From contig CAVRBO010000001.1 of the NCBI GenBank assembly GCA_963719285.1, positions 966,918-1,030,917 of the forward strand: DNA of 64,000 nucleotides, read 5' to 3'. Shown one piece after another: positions 60,674-64,000 of the stretch. Each line of letters opens with the position of its first letter. The first letter of the stretch is position 1. Both the position numbers and the translations under genes were made by a program. Under the pieces are notes generated by a model. That model was not told the origin of the DNA. It saw only the letters and a list, made by a program, of their open reading frames with translations, and did not search any database. Source of the DNA: an uncultured Chloroflexia bacterium. GTDB taxonomy: Bacteria; Chloroflexota; Limnocylindria; Limnocylindrales; CSP1-4.

Positions 60674-60677
60674 CGTC

Positions 60678-61874
<1,197 letters not shown>

Positions 61875-61920
61875 CGTGGCTTTCTCCTGGCTCCTCTCCC
61901 GTCCCGAGGGTCGGTCGTGA

Positions 61921-63996
61921 CTAGAACTTCGACTTCTGGACGAGCTCGGAGGCGACCCCGGCGGGTACCTCCGCGTAGTGGCTGAATTCCATCGACGAGC
62001 TGGCCCGGCCCTGGGACATGCTGCGCAGATCCGTGACGTAGCCGAACATCAGGGCGAGCGGGATGAACGCCCGGACGACCTGCGTGCCGCCCCGACTCTC
62101 CATCCCGTCGATCTGACCCCGCCGGCTGTTGAGGTCGCCGATCACGTCGCCCATGAACTCCTCGGGCATCGTGACCTCGACCTTCATGATCGGCTCGAGG
62201 ATCACGGGGTGGGCCTTGGGGACCGCGTCCTTGATGGCCAGCGAACCGGCGATCTTGAACGCCATCTCCGAGCTGTCCACTTCGTGGAACGAGCCGTCGT
62301 GGAGGGTGACCTTGACGTCGACCATCGGGAAACCCGCGTAGATGCCCGTCTCGAGCGTCTCGCGGATGCCCTGGTCGATCGGCTTGATGTACTCGCGCGG
62401 GATCGTGCCGCCGACGATCTTGTCGACGAACACGTAGCCCGAGCCCTTCTCGCCCGGCTCGAGCCGGATGACGGCGTGGCCGTACTGGCCCTTGCCGCCC
62501 GTCTGGCGGACGTGCCGGCCGTTACCCTCCGCCGCGCGGCGGATCGTCTCGCGATAGGAGACCTGGGGCTTGCCGATGTTGGCGGCCACCTTGAACTCGC
62601 GGACCATCCGGTCGACGAGCACGTCGAGGTGGAGCTCGCCCATCCCGGCGATGAGCGTCTCGGCGGTCTCCGGGTCGGTCTTGACCCGGAACGTCGGGTC
62701 CTCCTCGGCGAGGCGCTGGAGGGCGATCGCAAGCTTGTCCTGGTCGGCCTTGGTCTTGGGCTCGATCTTGACCTCGATGACCGGCTCCGGGAACGTCATC
62801 GACTCGAGGATGACCGGATGCTCGGGATCGGTGAGGGTGTCGCCCGTGAACGTGTCCTTGAGCCCGACGGCGGCGGCGATGTCGCCGGCGAAGACCTCGT
62901 CGATCTCCTCGCGGTGGTTGGCGTGCATCTGGAGGATGCGGCCGATCCGCTCGCGCCGGCCCTTGGTGGGGTTGAGCACGTACGAGCCGGCCTTGAGCGT
63001 GCCGGAGTAGACCCGGAAGAAGGCGAGCTTGCCCACGAACGGGTCGGCGGCGATCTTGAAGGCGAGCGCGCTGAACGGCTCGGAGTCGTCCGGCTTGCGC
63101 AGGACTTCGGCGCCGGTCGCCGGGTCGAGCCCGTTCATCGGCGGCACGTCGAGCGGCGAGGGCAGGTAGTCCACGACCGCGTCGAGGAGCTTCTGGATGC
63201 CCTTGTTCTTGAGCGCCGAGCCCGTGAGGACCGGGATGATCTTCGTCGCGAGGGTGCCCAGGCGCAGGCCCCGGCGGATCTCCTCGGTCGTGAATTCCTG
63301 GCCCTCGAGGTACTTGTGGAGGAGCTCGTCGTCCATCTCGGCGACGGCCTCGATGAGGGCGCGGCGGTGCTTCTCGGCCTCCTCGCGGAGCTCGGCCGGG
63401 ATCTCGATCACGTCGACCTGGTTGCCCAGGTCGTCGCGATAGTAGATGGCCTTCATCTCGACGAGGTCGATGACGCCCTTGAACTGGTCCTCGCGGCCGA
63501 TCGGGATCTGGATCGGCACGGCGTTGGCGCCGAGCCGGTCGCGGATGGACTCGACCCCGCGCCAGAAGTCGGCGCCGGTCCGGTCGAGCTTGTTGATGAA
63601 ACAGAAACGCGGCACGCCGTAGCGGTCGGCCTGGCGCCAGACCGTCTCGGACTGGGGCTCGACGCCGGCCACGCCGTCGAACACGACGACCGCGCCATCG
63701 AGGACGCGAAGGCTCCGCTCGACCTCGACGGTGAAGTCCACGTGCCCGGGCGTATCGATGATGTTGATGCGATGGTCGCCCCAGAACGCCGTCGTCGCAG
63801 CGGCGGTGATCGTGATCCCGCGTTCCTGCTCCTGGGGCATCCAGTCCATGGTCGCGGCGCCTTCATGCACCTCGCCGAGCTTGTAGATCTTCTTCGTGTA
63901 GAAGAGGATCCGCTCGGTGACGGTGGTCTTGCCCGCGTCGATATGGGCGATGATCCCGATGTTCCGCGTGCGTGCCAGCGGAACCTGTCGTGCCAC
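61921..63996 (-). CDS. fusA: elongation factor G
   Basis: [34 protein letters not shown]... 691 aa; start 4 nt from window end. Confidence 0.95.
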   Translation of the reverse strand: MARQVPLARTRNIGIIAHIDAGKTTVTERILFYTKKIYKLGEVHEGAATMDWMPQEQERGITITAAATTAFWGDHRINIIDTPGHVDFTVEVERSLRVLDGAVVVFDGVAGVEPQSETVWRQADRYGVPRFCFINKLDRTGADFWRGVESIRDRLGANAVPIQIPIGREDQFKGVIDLVEMKAIYYRDDLGNQVDVIEIPAELREEAEKHRRALIEAVAEMDDELLHKYLEGQEFTTEEIRRGLRLGTLATKIIPVLTGSALKNKGIQKLLDAVVDYLPSPLDVPPMNGLDPATGAEVLRKPDDSEPFSALAFKIAADPFVGKLAFFRVYSGTLKAGSYVLNPTKGRRERIGRILQMHANHREEIDEVFAGDIAAAVGLKDTFTGDTLTDPEHPVILESMTFPEPVIEVKIEPKTKADQDKLAIALQRLAEEDPTFRVKTDPETAETLIAGMGELHLDVLVDRMVREFKVAANIGKPQVSYRETIRRAAEGNGRHVRQTGGKGQYGHAVIRLEPGEKGSGYVFVDKIVGGTIPREYIKPIDQGIRETLETGIYAGFPMVDVKVTLHDGSFHEVDSSEMAFKIAGSLAIKDAVPKAHPVILEPIMKVEVTMPEEFMGDVIGDLNSRRGQIDGMESRGGTQVVRAFIPLALMFGYVTDLRSMSQGRASSSMEFSHYAEVPAGVASELVQKSKF

Positions 63997-64000
63997 GGTG

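Overview
Very GC-rich (roughly 70% G+C) chromosome segment with actinobacterial-type gene order. Almost every real gene is on the minus strand. The six-frame track contains many long ORFs that are antisense or out-of-frame GC artefacts; they were set aside when a protein with clear family signatures sits on the opposite strand or in another frame (see noticed_but_rejected).

The window splits into two parts.

(1) About 1-9000 is an accessory-looking block. It is the 5' part of a phage-tail-like contractile injection system (eCIS/CIS) operon that runs off the left edge. In transcription order (high to low coordinates) it encodes: two small proteins (215 aa and 126 aa), a tail sheath, two tail tube proteins, two small overlapping ORFs that look like a frameshifted chaperone pair, a third tube-like protein, an 831-aa Ala/Gly/His-rich protein built from near-perfect 528-bp tandem repeats (tape-measure candidate), a LysM-containing baseplate-hub/tube-initiator-like protein, and the first codons of a VgrG-like gene at position 151 to 1. 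Next to it is a LuxR/NarL-type response regulator with no histidine kinase in the window, and an intergenic region carrying a 20-nt tandem direct repeat and a perfect palindrome.

(2) About 9000-64000 is housekeeping:
- Zn alcohol dehydrogenase, ppdK, an FNR-type reductase, a SHOCT-domain membrane protein, glyQS, recO, a polyprenyl synthase, a GNAT acetyltransferase, an LD-carboxypeptidase, a CNNM/CorC transporter, glmU, a DinB-like protein, ridA, ispE, rsmA.
- The tsaE-tsaB-rimI-tsaD block, then alr-nnr-acpS-glmS, with four extra genes inserted between alr and tsaE.
- A Firmicute-style cdaA-cdaR-glmM c-di-AMP module immediately followed by glmS.
- argF, then the complete ribosomal-protein super-operon from rpsI-rplM through rpoA, the secY/adk/map/infA block and the S10/spc operons up to tuf-fusA at the right edge.

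No rRNA, tRNA, CRISPR array or insertion sequence was recognised. Gene starts are approximate, because the ORF track shows GTG/TTG starts as M and true starts are often internal. Spot checks of the coordinates against the printed sequence were off by 1-2 nt at two places (the ppdK and tsaE stop codons), so positions may carry that much error elsewhere.
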